Source: Dictyostelium discoideum (lineage: Eukaryota). Taken from it: a stretch of 64,000 nt of DNA. The translations under genes and the position numbers were made by a program. Under the pieces are notes generated by a model that saw only the letters and a list, made by a program, of their open reading frames with translations, did no database searches and had not been told where the DNA came from. The DNA lies in NCBI GenBank assembly GCA_000004695.1, contig CM000155.2:3264001-3328000 (forward strand). The letters are read 5' to 3'. Below, in pieces: positions 1 to 15,952 of the stretch (its first letter is position 1; each line of letters opens with the position of its first letter).

Positions 1-2
1 TT

Positions 3-389
3 CAAAAAAGTTTAATTGGAGAATTCCAAATTTTCGATTTATCATTTGGTGTAAATCAATTCAATAATTTCAATTTATTTAATTATATTCCTTTAAAAGT
101 TATAGATACTTGTACTACCACCACAATTTCATCAATTGAATTTTATTTTAGAGTAATTAAAAAAATTAAAGAATCTGAAATTAATTATTTAAATACTCAT
201 GGATTCAAAATGAAAATTAATTTATATCAAAATCAAGAATTGGTTGAAAAATATTTTCACATTCATTGTAAACCACAAAATTCACATATTTTAAATTGTT
301 TACAATGTTTTGGTCTTTTTGATTTCATTGATTATTCAAATCTTACTAGGTGTGATATTCTTTGTGGATTATCTAGTATTAAAATGTAG
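3..389 (+). CDS. 3' terminal coding exon (partial; gene starts upstream of the window) of a hypothetical protein ending ...CDILCGLSSIKM*
   Basis: The frame is open from the window edge to TAG at 387-389 and has coding-like composition, unlike the poly-A/T intergenic DNA that follows. I see no recognisable domain. Confidence 0.4.
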   Translation, partial: QKSLIGEFQIFDLSFGVNQFNNFNLFNYIPLKVIDTCTTTTISSIEFYFRVIKKIKESEINYLNTHGFKMKINLYQNQELVEKYFHIHCKPQNSHILNCLQCFGLFDFIDYSNLTRCDILCGLSSIKM

Positions 390-399
390 AAAAATAAAT

Positions 400-432
<33 letters not shown>

Positions 433-1603
433 GGTATTTTATTTTTTTTTTTTTTATTTATTTATTTATTATTATTTTTTTGGTTTTATATTTTTTATAA
501 AAATAGTCAAATAAATAAATTAAAAATAAAGGGGAAAAATTTAATTTAGATATTTTGTGAAGTTTTGGAAATAAAAAAAAAAAGTTTATACTTTTTTAAT
601 TTTAAAAATTTCCAAACGTCCCAAAAAAAAAAAAAAAAAAAAAAAAAAGAAACAAAGCAAAACAAAAAAATACTCTTATACAGCAAGAGGTGTGGATAAT
701 TCGCTCAAATTAGAAATAACCACTCAAAAAAAAAAATAAAAATATAAAAAAATAAAAAAAAATAATAATAATAATCTCCTCAAACCACAATTAAGTATGA
801 TTTATTTATTTTTTTATTTTTTTTTTTTTATGGGGGTATCATATTTTGTTTCTATTATTAATTATTTTATAAATAATCATTTCTTTAAACTAATTATATT
901 TATTTCACTATTTTTAATTTCTTAATTTATATTAATAAAAGTGAGAATATATATTTTTAGAAAGTAATACAAATAATTAAATGTATGGTTATAAATTTAT
1001 ATATGTATATATATTAATATATTTATATATATTATGATTTATTCGATCATTCTATTTAAAAAATTATTTTTTTTCAATATCTTATAATAATTTAACACAT
1101 CCTCAAAAATAAAAATAAAAAAAAATAAATTAAAAAATAAAAATAAAAATAGAAAAAAATAAAAAAAATAAAAATAATAATTATACACAGCACCAAAATT
1201 ATTCCCCCCCCATATAATATTATTATTTTTAAAAAAAAAAAAAAAAATAAAATATAATAAATAAAAAAAAAAAAAAAAGGGTTTTTTAAAAAATTAAAAA
1301 AAAAAAAATGAATTAAAATTATGTTTTTTACATTTATATTTATTTAAATGTATATATTTAATATATAGTATTTATTTACTATTATTTTAAATTATTTATT
1401 CTATCTTTTTTTTTTTTTTTTTTCATTTCATTTCATTTCAATAATCACACTTTTTTTTTTTTTTTAATTTTCCTTTTGTAATATTTCCCTTTTTTAAAAA
1501 ATAAATAATTAATAAATTATTCTTTGGGAACATTTCCTTTAATGATAAATTTATAAAATAAATATTTTAAAAAATAAATATAAAAAAACATATACATATA
1601 TAA

Positions 1604-1605
<2 letters not shown>

Positions 1606-1680
<75 letters not shown>
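1606..1680. repeat. (AAT/ATA)n microsatellite just upstream of the pseudokinase ATG
   Basis: About 25 perfect trinucleotide units are read directly from the sequence. Confidence 0.9.
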
Positions 1681-1682
<2 letters not shown>

Positions 1683-1689
1683 TTTACAA

Positions 1690-2427
1690 ATGAATGAAAA
1701 TTCAATTAGTCAATATTCAGAAATTGATTTAATAAGTGATAATCCATTTAAAAATTATTTTGTAGTTGAAAAATTACTAAATAATAATAATAATAATATT
1801 AACGATACCATTGGTAATAATCACTATTCAAATAATAATAATAATAATAAATTTTTAAATAATAATAATAAAAATAAAATAAATAAAAAACAAATAATAT
1901 TAAAAGTTCAAAAGAAATCAAATAAAGCAATGAAAGAATTAACAGTTATGCAAAAAATTGGATATTATTCAAATCATGTTGTTAATGTTTATGGATATTT
2001 TAATTTAAAAGGATGTGATAGAATGTTAAAACCTAGATTACTCTCTGACAATGATGAGTTGATATTCATGGAATGTGAAGATATGGGACAATATCAAACT
2101 TTAGAAATGATAATTGAACGTCGTAAATGTAAAGGATCATTAGTGATGACAAGATTCATCATGAGAGGTATACTTGCATCTGCTTACTATTTCGAATCAC
2201 ATCAAGTAATTCACCAAACTCTTCACCCAGGTAACATATACATCTTGGAAGATTCCCTAGGAACCGACGATCAATCAGTTGTAAAATTTTCAAATTTAGA
2301 ACACTGTTTATTAATTGGTTCTACAAATTCATCATTATCATCATTATCATCATCAACATCATCATCTTCATCCTCATCATCATCTACAAATTGTAATAAT
2401 AATACCACCGAAAATAATAATAATAAT

Positions 2428-2481
<54 letters not shown>

Positions 2482-2877
2482 TCATTAAATGATAGATTTG
2501 TACTTGGTAAAGATTCAGTATGTTATAGTATTTATAGTGATAGACATCAGAGTAGAAATTTATTTAAAGTTGTAAGTTCAAATACAGTTTCTTTTACAGT
2601 TGGTATTATTTATTTGGAATTATTATTATCAACTATTTATGATCACGTTTTTCCTAATGAAGAGTATATAAATTCATTGAGAGAGATAGTAAGGAATGGG
2701 AAATTGGATATCTATACAAATCAAGCAACAAACACTAAATATTTTAGATTTAATCAAAATCATCAAATTGAAATAACTGATTTAATTAAAGATGATATCT
2801 CATTAATATTAACTTTATTACAAGATTCATCAACTAGACCAACAATAACACAATTTATTATTGATTATTTATTTTAA
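1690..2877 (+). CDS. Protein-kinase-like protein, predicted pseudokinase (single exon, 395 aa)
   Basis: ATG at 1690. It has the kinase beta3-alphaC-hinge layout (ILKV...MKEL...MQKIGYYSNHVVNVYGYF...FMECEDMG). The catalytic loop reads HQTLHPGNIYI where HRDLKPENI is expected, so the catalytic Asp is Thr. The DFG position reads SNL. It also carries poly-N/poly-S inserts. Confidence 0.6.
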
Positions 2878-2982
2878 AATTAAAAAAAATAAAAAAAAAA
2901 ATAAAAAAAAAATAAAAAAATAAAAATAAAAATAAAAAATGAGTTCCAAGTTTTTTAATTTTATTATTATTAATTTTAGAAA

Positions 2983-3018
<36 letters not shown>

Positions 3019-3286
3019 GTAATAAAAAATATTTTTATTTTATTTATTTAATGTATAATAATTTATTGGTTTAATTTTTTTTATTTGTTTAATTTTTTAT
3101 TTTTTTATTACCAAATTTTTATTTTTTTATTTTAATTTTTATTTATTTTTTTCATTTTTCAATTTTCACTTTTTTTTTTTTTTTTTTTATTTTTTTATTT
3201 TTTATTTTATTTGCCCATTGCCAAGCCTTACTTTATTTTTCCAACATATAAAAATAAAAAATAAAAATAAAAAGCACACATATGAA

Positions 3287-3361
3287 ATGAGTTTTAAAGA
3301 TGATGAAATAAATAATTACAATAATATCAATAGTAGCAATTATAATAATAATAATAATAAC

Positions 3362-3410
<49 letters not shown>

Positions 3411-4099
3411 GTGGTGATACAAATTTTGATAGTAGCGATGATGCAATCTTCATCTATGAAGAAGAAATTATACCAATACAGAAAGAACAGCAATCGCCAA
3501 TAATGACACCAGCAACACCAACTACAACAATAATAAATGATAAGCTACAACAACAAGAACAACAAGAACAACAACAACAAGAACAAACAGATAAACAATC
3601 ACATGAAGACCAACAGGATGAACAACAACAAATGGAAGATATAGAATATCAAGATATGGTAATAACAGAATATTCAGATAATAATAAAAGTAATGATAGT
3701 ATAGTAGTTGAAAATGAAAATTATGATAGTATGATTGTAGAAGATGATGTTATGGCAAATGTTAACAAAGAATCACAACTAATTGAACGAGAAGAATATA
3801 ACATACAACAATTTGAAACACCTCCTCAAGAACAACAAGAACAACAAAAAAAACAACAACAACAAGAACAACAACAAGAACAACAACAAGAACAACAACA
3901 AAACCTACAAAAAATAGCAACAACAGGTACTGATATAACAGGTACAGATACAAACATCACTACTACTACTACCACTACTGATACCCCAACCATTAAAATT
4001 AAATATAATGATGAATTATTCTTTAGAATGTGGAAAGATAAAGACATAAGTCAAATTATTTGGAAATGTGTGAAAATAAGGAGTGATCTATACAATACT

Positions 4100-4139
<40 letters not shown>

Positions 4140-6399
4140 ACAATAATAACAATAATAATAATAATAATAATAATATTACAAATAATAGAGTATGGAAATA
4201 TTATCAAACTCATTCATTAGAATGGTTAATTAAAAATAATCATTGGCAATTATTTAAATATCGTTTAAAACGTGGTGATTATATCTCATTCAATGAACAA
4301 TCATTTAAACTTATTCATAAATTATTTGATCAAATTAAATTATATGAAGAAAAAGATGAAAAAGAAAAAGAAAAAGAAAAAGATAATGATAAAAGTATTA
4401 ATAATAATAATAACAATAATAATAGTGAAAAGATAAAAGGTTGTAAATTAGATGGAAATGAAATTAAAGAGATATGGAGTTTATTCTATAGACAATATCA
4501 AACTACATTATTACATTGTTTAGATAATGCAGTAGCGGCAAATAACTTAATAGCTTTACAATCGATTGTAGAGAATTCATCATTTCTAATTCAATATCAA
4601 CCAGATATACAATATAAAGCAATAGCAAGTGGTAATGTTGAATTATTAGTTTATCTTCATAGTATTGGTATCGATTCAAAATTAAATCCCCTATTAGTAA
4701 TTGATTATGCTCAAAAATCTTCAAATGTTAGTAATATGATTAGATATTTAAATAATAAGAGATATAATACAAATAAATCACCCAATGATAATAATAATAC
4801 AACAACAGCGACAACAACAGCGACAACAAGTAACAATAATAAAAATACAACTACTACCACTACTACTACTACCACTACTACAAATACAAATTCAAATTCA
4901 AATTCAAATTTAAATTCAAATTCAAATTCAAATTCAAATTCAACTACAATGAGTAGTTCATCATTACCAAAATCACCAGAAAGTTTTATAACGGATGAAG
5001 ATTTTACAGAAGCAGAGAAAGAATTTTTAGGTTTAAAAGATTGTGTTTTAGTTGATAAAGATAGTATTATGTTACCAAGTTCAAGTTTATTATTTGACCA
5101 TTTAAAGAGTAAAACGGTATTTTATAAATTAGATTATGATTTACAATTGATTTTTGTTAGGGAGAGTAAGAATTGTAAAATTTCATTCTTGGAGGATTTA
5201 GTAAAATGTTTTAATCCTTGGAAAGATCATACACTACAATCGATGGATATTATCAACTATGTGAATATAATGCAAAAGATAATGAAAATGGATATATTTG
5301 GAAGCAAAGGTACAGCTGCATTATCATTATTAGAACTAGCCAATGGATCATTGTTTAGAATTTGTTCAAATTATAATAGTGATAATATCAATATCGATAG
5401 TATTGAAAATAATCAATTACTGTCTGGTAATTTACCAGATAGAGCAACATTAATGGAGTTATTATATAATCAATGGGTATTGCCATTAAAAGATACAACA
5501 TTCAATCAAAAGAATACATGCTATTATAAATCAATCACTCAAGGTAACACAATTGAAGCTGAAAAATTAAGATTTGAACAAATGAAACCATCAATCAACT
5601 ATTTAGAGAAAGCAACCTCTCTCTTGGAAATCTCATTTAGAAAAGCTCATATCCCTTCATTAGAATTATTCTTAAAAATTTATAAATTAAATCATCTTTT
5701 CACTTATGATTATCATAACTTTTTTTCAAATAAATTTCAAATTGATTCAAATTTATTTATAGATTTAAAAGAAGATAATAATAATAATATTAATATTAAA
5801 AATGAAATTAAAGAAGAAGAAGAAGAAAAAGAAAAAGATAATAATAATAATGAATCAATTGAAAAAAAGAAAAAAGAATTTTTAACAGTTTTATTAAGTA
5901 GAACAGAATTTACAAATTCATTCTATATGAATTTAATGATTACATTAATTGAAAAGAGAAAAGATTTTAAATTGGCAGAATTTTGTTTTCAATTTCAAAG
6001 TTGTAAAATTTATCAAACAAATTTATATCAAAGTGCGATAAAGAATAATAGTATTGAATTTTGTAAATTTTTATTTTCAAAATCTGTGAAATTACAAAAA
6101 CAGGATTTAGAACTTTTAACTACAATTCCAAATAATGTGGATTTATTAAAAGAGATTTTAAAATCAAATCAAGTACCATCATTAATTGAAATTTATCATT
6201 TAATGGAAAGATCAATTAAAGATTCAAGATTAGACATTTTAAAATGTCTTTTAGAATCTTTTCCTTCTTCAATGAAATTCGATTTATTAAATTATGCTGC
6301 AAATTTTAATAGAAATGAAATTATTGATTATTTAATGTTAAATCATTCAAATTCAATTAAAACTATAACTAGTAATGGTACATCTCCAAATTCAATATC

Positions 6400-6430
<31 letters not shown>

Positions 6431-7342
6431 GGTACAAGCGCAAATACGAGTGGTGGTGCAAATAATAATATTAATAATATTTTTGGAACAATTAAAATTT
6501 CAACACCAGATTTACAATTAACAGCAAGAACTAAATTACAATTGAAAAAGTATGGAATTGAATATCCATGTTTTAAAAATTTAATTGTACCATCAAAGAA
6601 TCCAATTTTTAATGCAATTGCGTCAAATGATCATGAATTGTTGGTTTCAGAATTTAAAGATCATTTCAATCAATATAAATGTTATTTAGATAATGGTTTA
6701 ATGCAACTTTTGGGTCAAATTGGTAATTTTGATACAATTAAATACTTTGTTGATTATATGGAATTGGATTTAATTAAAACTTTTCAATTGGTATCATCAA
6801 CACTTCATTTTGGTCATATTGAAATCTCAAAATGGTTATTGTTAGAGAAATTGCTTGAAAAGGATTACTATAAGAATCTGTTGAATTTATTATTATCCTA
6901 TGATGTTTCAAAACCTTTGATTTGGGATCTGTCAAGTTTGGATTTAATTTGTACAATCATTGATAAGAATTTCAATACTGGTAATCAAAATATATTAAAT
7001 GAACAATTTAAAAAAATATTCTCGCGTGGTCTTTTATTTTGTGTTAAATATTTATTGGAACGTTATCCCGATAAAGATCTTTTAAAAAGTCAAATCACTG
7101 ATAATACATTAATCAAAAAAGCTTTTCTCACTTCAAAAGGTCAATACTATGGTTTCAATAACCAAATTTCAATTAAAACTTGTTACTTTGAAAATTTTAA
7201 TAAATTTAATATTCAAATACAACAACTTGAACAAGAAAAAGAAAAACAACAAAATGAAAATGAAAATTTATTATTAGAAAATAATAATAGCAATGAAACT
7301 ATTGAAAATCATCATAAGAGAAAAAGAGGAGAAGATATTTAA
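3287..7342 (+). CDS. Large hypothetical protein (about 1351 aa) with poly-N, poly-Q/E and poly-T low-complexity tracts; single exon
   Basis: The track ORF starts at TTG 3218; the first in-frame ATG is 3287 (MSFKDDE...). The frame is continuous to TAA 7340-7342. I recognise no confident domain. Confidence 0.5.
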
Positions 7343-7905
7343 TTAAATAAATTTGAAATGAAAAATGTAAATAATCTATTTTTTTTTTTCTTGTTTTTTA
7401 TTTTATTTTTTTCTTGGATTTTCTTGTTTTTTATTTTATTTTTTTATTGTGGTCAACAAAAGAAGCAATTACAACAAATTAAAAAAATCTCGTATTCCCT
7501 ATAATTATAAAATAATTATAATTATAATCTTTTTAACTACGTTAAACTTTTAGTAATCAGTTAATAGAAATAAAAAATAAAAAAATAAAAAATAAAAAAA
7601 AATAAAAAATTAAATTAAATTGAAAAAAAAAAAAAAAAAAAAAAAAACTGAATTTTAATTCGCTTCTCGCAAAACAATAAAGAAAAAAAAAAGAGATAAA
7701 GGAGAGATAAAAAAAGAACTATTATTATTATTATTAAACTCTCCTTATAATAAAATAATAAAATAATTGCCATAAAAAAAATAAAAAATTAATAATTCTA
7801 TTGAATAAAATAATTACCATAAAAAAAAAATAAAAAAAAATAAAAATAAATAAATTTTAAAAAAATAAAAATTAAAAAAAATAAAAATTAAAAAAAATAA
7901 AAAAT

Positions 7906-7955
<50 letters not shown>

Positions 7956-8269
7956 ACACTTTAGTCATCTCATCATATAAATAATAAGAATTGTAGTAAT
8001 AGAAACTTTTAATAAAATAAAATAAATATAAAAAAATAGTATTTATATATATATTAATGTACAGGAATAGTGAATAACACCATCACCAAAAATATAAATC
8101 AACACAACCTGAATACCATCAGCCGCAACAATAACAAAAGTAATAACCAACACGCAATAAAAAAAGAACCAAAATCAATAGCGGTAGTAGTAATAAAGTT
8201 ATTCAATTTATATATTTATATATATAGTATATAAGTAGTGATTTTCATAATTTTATAAAATAAAATAAA

Positions 8270-11238
<2,969 letters not shown>

Positions 11239-11241
11239 AAA

Positions 11242-11286
<45 letters not shown>

Positions 11287-11661
11287 AATATAAAAAGAAA
11301 TAAAAAAAAAAATAAAAAAAATATATTTATAAAAATAATAATAATAATAAATAATAATAAAAATAAAAAACTATATCAAATTATTATTTTTATTATTGCT
11401 ATTATTAACTCTTTTATTAAAAATATATACCAATAAAAAAAAAAAACTTATTTATAAAAAAATATTATAATATTACAATGGCATATTACTTTTTTTTTGG
11501 TTTTATTTTCTTTTTTTTTTTTTTTTTTTTATTTATTTATTTATTTATTTATATAAGGTTTATGTTTTTTTTTTTATTTTATGAAATTACAAATTATCAT
11601 AATTATGATGAAATATAGGTGTGTGTGTCTTGTGGAGGGGATTGAAATTTAAAAGTTGATT

Positions 11662-12820
11662 TTAATTAGCTGGTTTATTAATTGGAACAATATTGTAATA
11701 TTTTTGATATAATTTGAAACAATCATCAGAAGAAATCTTCTTCCAACCATCTTTTTGAACATGATAAACATTGATAGCACCACCAGAGTAAGCATCTCTG
11801 TGAGTTGCATGATAAACAGCTCTACGACCGAGTTCATATGCTTCTTCATCATTCATATCCCATTTAAAACCTGTATCTAAAACACCATAAGCATATGTTG
11901 AACCTGAACCACATGAAAAACGTTGACCATGTAATCTAGTACCATCATTATCAACATAATATAATTGTGGTCCCTTTTTTTATTTTTAAAAAAAAAAAAA
12001 AATTTTATAAATTTAAAAAAATAAAATAAATATAAATATATGTTAATAAAATTTAATAATAATATAAATAAATAAATAAAAGATACATACAGTTTTATCC
12101 CAACCAGTAATCATAGTACCCATTGATAAACCGTAACCTTTATATGAATATACAATATTTGCTAAAATTTTAGATGCAGCAGCAACAGAGATGAGTTCTT
12201 TATTTCTTAATTCATATAATCTACATCTTCTACCTAATTCACGTTCCCAAAATGAACAATCAGCAGCACCACCAGCCATAGTACCCAAAAGGGTTGGTGT
12301 AATTTCAATTACTTTTTTAACTGATCTACTTGCAACGTATGGTCCTTGTGTAGATTTTGAATCTACTGATACAATAATACCTCCACCATATACAAATGCT
12401 AATGTAGTTGTACCATGTGCAAATTCCAATGCTTTTGGTGCTGATGGATGATCAAATGTTTCTCTTAAAAAATCACCTGGCTATAAAATTATAATGATAA
12501 TTATTTTTATTATTTTTATTATCATTATTATTTTTTATGAAATAATAAAATTAGTATGTTATTTTTATTATTATTATTATTATTATTTTATTATTTACTA
12601 TATTGTTTTTTTAATATATAATGAAAATATTTTAAATATCTAATCTCTATTATCATTATTCTATTTATTTTTATATGTATTATATATATATAAAAAAATT
12701 TACATTTGCATTTGGTGGTAATTCGAAATGTGGTGTATTTAAAAATTTAACATCACTTGCGAGTGTATCGTAGAGTGTTGGTTGTGATTGTTCAATATTG
12801 TCAAAATCAATATTAATCAT
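11662..12820 (-). CDS. psmB5: Proteasome subunit beta type-5 (20S catalytic beta5); 3 exons complement(join(12704..12820,12091..12480,11662..11973)), 272 aa
   Basis: The mature N-terminus GTTTLAF, ...[64 protein letters not shown] | [11 protein letters not shown]...[19 protein letters not shown] matches the PSMB5/Pre2 family closely. ATG is at 12820-12818 (MINIDFDN... propeptide). Donors are GTAAAT (12703) and GTATGT (12090). Acceptors are TATAG (12481) and AAAAAG (11974). The track's 'M' at 12429 is a TTG. Confidence 0.8.
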
Positions 12821-12936
12821 TTTTGAAATTCTATGTACAGTAATATATATTTATAAAAAAAAAATAAAAAAAAAGTGAAAAAAATAAAAAAAATAAATTA
12901 AAAAAAAAAAATATTGTGAAGATCAAAAAATTTTTA

Positions 12937-12971
<35 letters not shown>

Positions 12972-13668
12972 AAAAAATTGAAAATTAAAAAAAAAAAAAA
13001 TTAATTTAATTTAATAATGACAATCCATTATTATTTTTATATATAAGTAATGTTTTGATTAAAAATATAATTATATCCATTTTTTTATTTCAATTTTTTT
13101 ATTATTTTTTTTTTTTGGTTTTATTTTTTTTTTTTTTATTTTTTTATTTTTTTTTTTGTTTAAATAAATAAATAAAAAAAAAAACAAAAATATAAAGAAA
13201 TAATAATAAAATAATCAAGAAAAAAAAAAATAATAATAATAAAATTATCAAAAAAAAAAAAATAATAATCAGAAAAAAAAAAAATAAAAAATAAAAGAGA
13301 ATGGCATTGTTGACAATTATTTCTTTGTTTTTTATTTTTTTTTTTTTTTGGTTTTGTTATTTTTATTTTTTTTTTTTATATTTTTTTTTATATTTTTTTT
13401 TTTTCTGAAAAAAAAAAAAAAATTACCGTCGAGTTTTGTAAAAAAATTTTTTGAAATTTTTTTTTTTTCAACTTTATTTAGTCGTCATAAACAGAATATA
13501 TAAAGAGATGTAAGTCTATCACACAAATTTTTCAATCTATCTGATATCTTTTCAAATGATTATCAATCTTTTTGGATTATCATCAATCTTTATCAATCTT
13601 TAGTATTTGTTTAGGATTAATGACTAATATTCGAATATCTAAAAAATGATTATGATTTTTTTATAGCA
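12821..13668. promoter_or_regulatory. Divergent intergenic region shared by psmB5 (minus) and rps2 (plus) start codons
   Basis: Head-to-head ATGs sit 848 bp apart with only A/T homopolymer-rich non-coding DNA between them. Promoter function is inferred, not seen. Confidence 0.3.
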
Positions 13669-14466
13669 ATGGCTGATACTACAACTGCTGCTCAAGCCGA
13701 TCAAAAACCAACTCGTGCTTTTGGTGCTGGTCGTCCACAAAGAGGTGCTGGTGGTGCCCCACAAAGAGGTGGTCCACGTCCACAAAGAGGTGGTCAAGGT
13801 GAAACCAAATCATGGACTCCAGTCACCAAATTAGGTCGTCTCGTTGCTCTTGGTTTAGTCGAGAATATCCACGAAATCTATCTTTTCTCTTTACCAATCA
13901 AGGAGTACCAAATCATTGATAAATTCCTTAACCTCAAGGATGAAGTTATGAAGATTGTTCCAGTTCAAAAGCAAACTCGTGCTGGTCAACGTACCCGTTT
14001 CAAGGCTTTCGTCGTTGTTGGTGATCACAACGGTCATGTAGGTCTCGGTGTTAAATGCGCTAAGGAAGTTGCCACCGCCATTTCTGGTGCTATCGTTGCT
14101 GCCAAATTATCAGTCATCCCAGTTCGTCGTGGTTATTGGGGTAACAAACTCGGTGCTCCACACACTGTCCCAACCAAAGTCACTGGTAAATGCGGTTCCG
14201 TCGCTGTACGTCTCGTTCCAGCCCCAAGAGGTACTGGTATCGTTGCTGCTCGTGTTCCAAAGAAATTACTCCAATATGCTGGTGTTGATGATGTTTACAC
14301 ATCTTCACGTGGTAAGACCAGAACCATGGGTAACTTTGTCATGGCCACTTTCTTCGCCATCACCAAGACCTTTGCTTACTTAACCCCAGATCTTTGGAGA
14401 GAAGTCAAATTAATCAAGACTCCATACCAAGAACACTCTGCCAAATTATCCGAAAAACAACAATAA
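13669..14466 (+). CDS. rps2: 40S ribosomal protein S2 (uS5), single exon, 265 aa
   Basis: The RG-rich N-terminus ([24 protein letters not shown]) and conserved core ([10 protein letters not shown]...[28 protein letters not shown]...[21 protein letters not shown]) are characteristic. Codon usage is GC-richer, typical of highly expressed Dictyostelium genes. Confidence 0.9.
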   Translation: MADTTTAAQADQKPTRAFGAGRPQRGAGGAPQRGGPRPQRGGQGETKSWTPVTKLGRLVALGLVENIHEIYLFSLPIKEYQIIDKFLNLKDEVMKIVPVQKQTRAGQRTRFKAFVVVGDHNGHVGLGVKCAKEVATAISGAIVAAKLSVIPVRRGYWGNKLGAPHTVPTKVTGKCGSVAVRLVPAPRGTGIVAARVPKKLLQYAGVDDVYTSSRGKTRTMGNFVMATFFAITKTFAYLTPDLWREVKLIKTPYQEHSAKLSEKQQ

Positions 14467-15101
14467 ATCAATTTTAATTAATTTTTTACTGTTTTAAAAA
14501 AAAAAAATTCTTTTTTAATTATTAATTTTATTTGTTTAAAAAAAAAATAAGATCCACAAATTAAATTTTTTATTTATCAAAAAAAAAAAAAGTATTTTAT
14601 TAGTATTTTTGTATTAATTTATTTACAGATTGGTTTGTCTGGAAAAAATAAAAAAAGCACCACCCCCGATCTCACTTTCCAAAAATTAAATTTATTTATT
14701 TTTATTTTTATTGTTCTATTTATAAATAATTTAATTAATAATAAAAAAAACATGAAAATATGAAAGTACTATTTTCTTTTGTGGAATTAGTTAAATTTGG
14801 AAATTAATTTTGTTTTTTTTTTTTATTTTTTTATTTTCCACAGAGGTAATAAAAAATTGAGAAGTTAACCAAAAAATAAAAAAATAAAATAAATAAATAA
14901 AAAAATAATAGAAATTTAAAAAATTTTAATAATCAATTGTTTTATTTTATTTTATTTTTATTTAATTTTTTTGTTTTTATTGAAGTTTAATTTTCTTATT
15001 TTTTACCTTTTTTATTTTAATAAAGTGTGAAGTTCAACATGAGAAAAAGAAAAAAAAAAAAAAAATAAAAATTAAAAAAATAAAAAAAATAAAAATTAAA
15101 A

Positions 15102-15133
<32 letters not shown>

Positions 15134-15467
15134 TTTAAAATTTTTGATCAACTTCACTTTTTTTTTTTTTTTTAATTAATTTTTTTTTTTTTTTTCTTTT
15201 TTTCAATTTTTAATTTGTTAATATATACATAAAAAAAAAAAAAAAAAAACATATAATAAAAATAAATATATATTTTTTTTTTTTTTCAAAATTATAATTA
15301 TTATTTTTTCTTTTTTTTGAACATATATTGTTTTATTTCATTTTAATTTGTAATACATACACATTCAAATCTTTTTATTTATATACATATTTTTTTTTTT
15401 TTTTACAACAATATATACATTCATACACATAGAATTTCATTCTATTTTTTTTTTTTACAATTAAATA

Positions 15468-15866
15468 ATGCCACAAAAAGAAGTAACAATTCCAGTACCA
15501 GCAAAAGGTGGTAGCAATAAAGAAGAAGACAAAAAAGATAATAAAGATACAGAAGAGAAAAATACTACCACCAACACTACCACCAAAGATAATAAAAAAG
15601 ATAAAAAAAAAGATAAAAAAGAAGAAACTTTATCACCAGAAGATGAAAAATTAAAAAATGATTTAGAATTATTAGTTGAAAGATCAAGAGATGAAAAAGA
15701 AGAAATTGCATTGGCTGCATTGGAAGCTTTAAAAACTGAAATTAGATCATCAACTTCTTCAATGACTTCTGTACCAAAACCATTAAAATTCTTAAGAAAT
15801 CATTATTCAACTTTAGTAGATATTTATAAAAATTCAAAAGAAGGTAAAGCTAAAGTAAGTAATAAA

Positions 15867-15904
<38 letters not shown>

Positions 15905-15919
15905 ATTATTTATTAATTC

Positions 15920-15952
<33 letters not shown>

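Noticed and set aside
3233-4047. Minus-strand ORFs (poly-I, poly-V/C-rich) overlapping the 5' part of the large plus-strand gene
   Set aside because: They are antisense readings of (AAT)n and (CAA)n coding repeats, give homopolymeric peptides, and have no independent signal.
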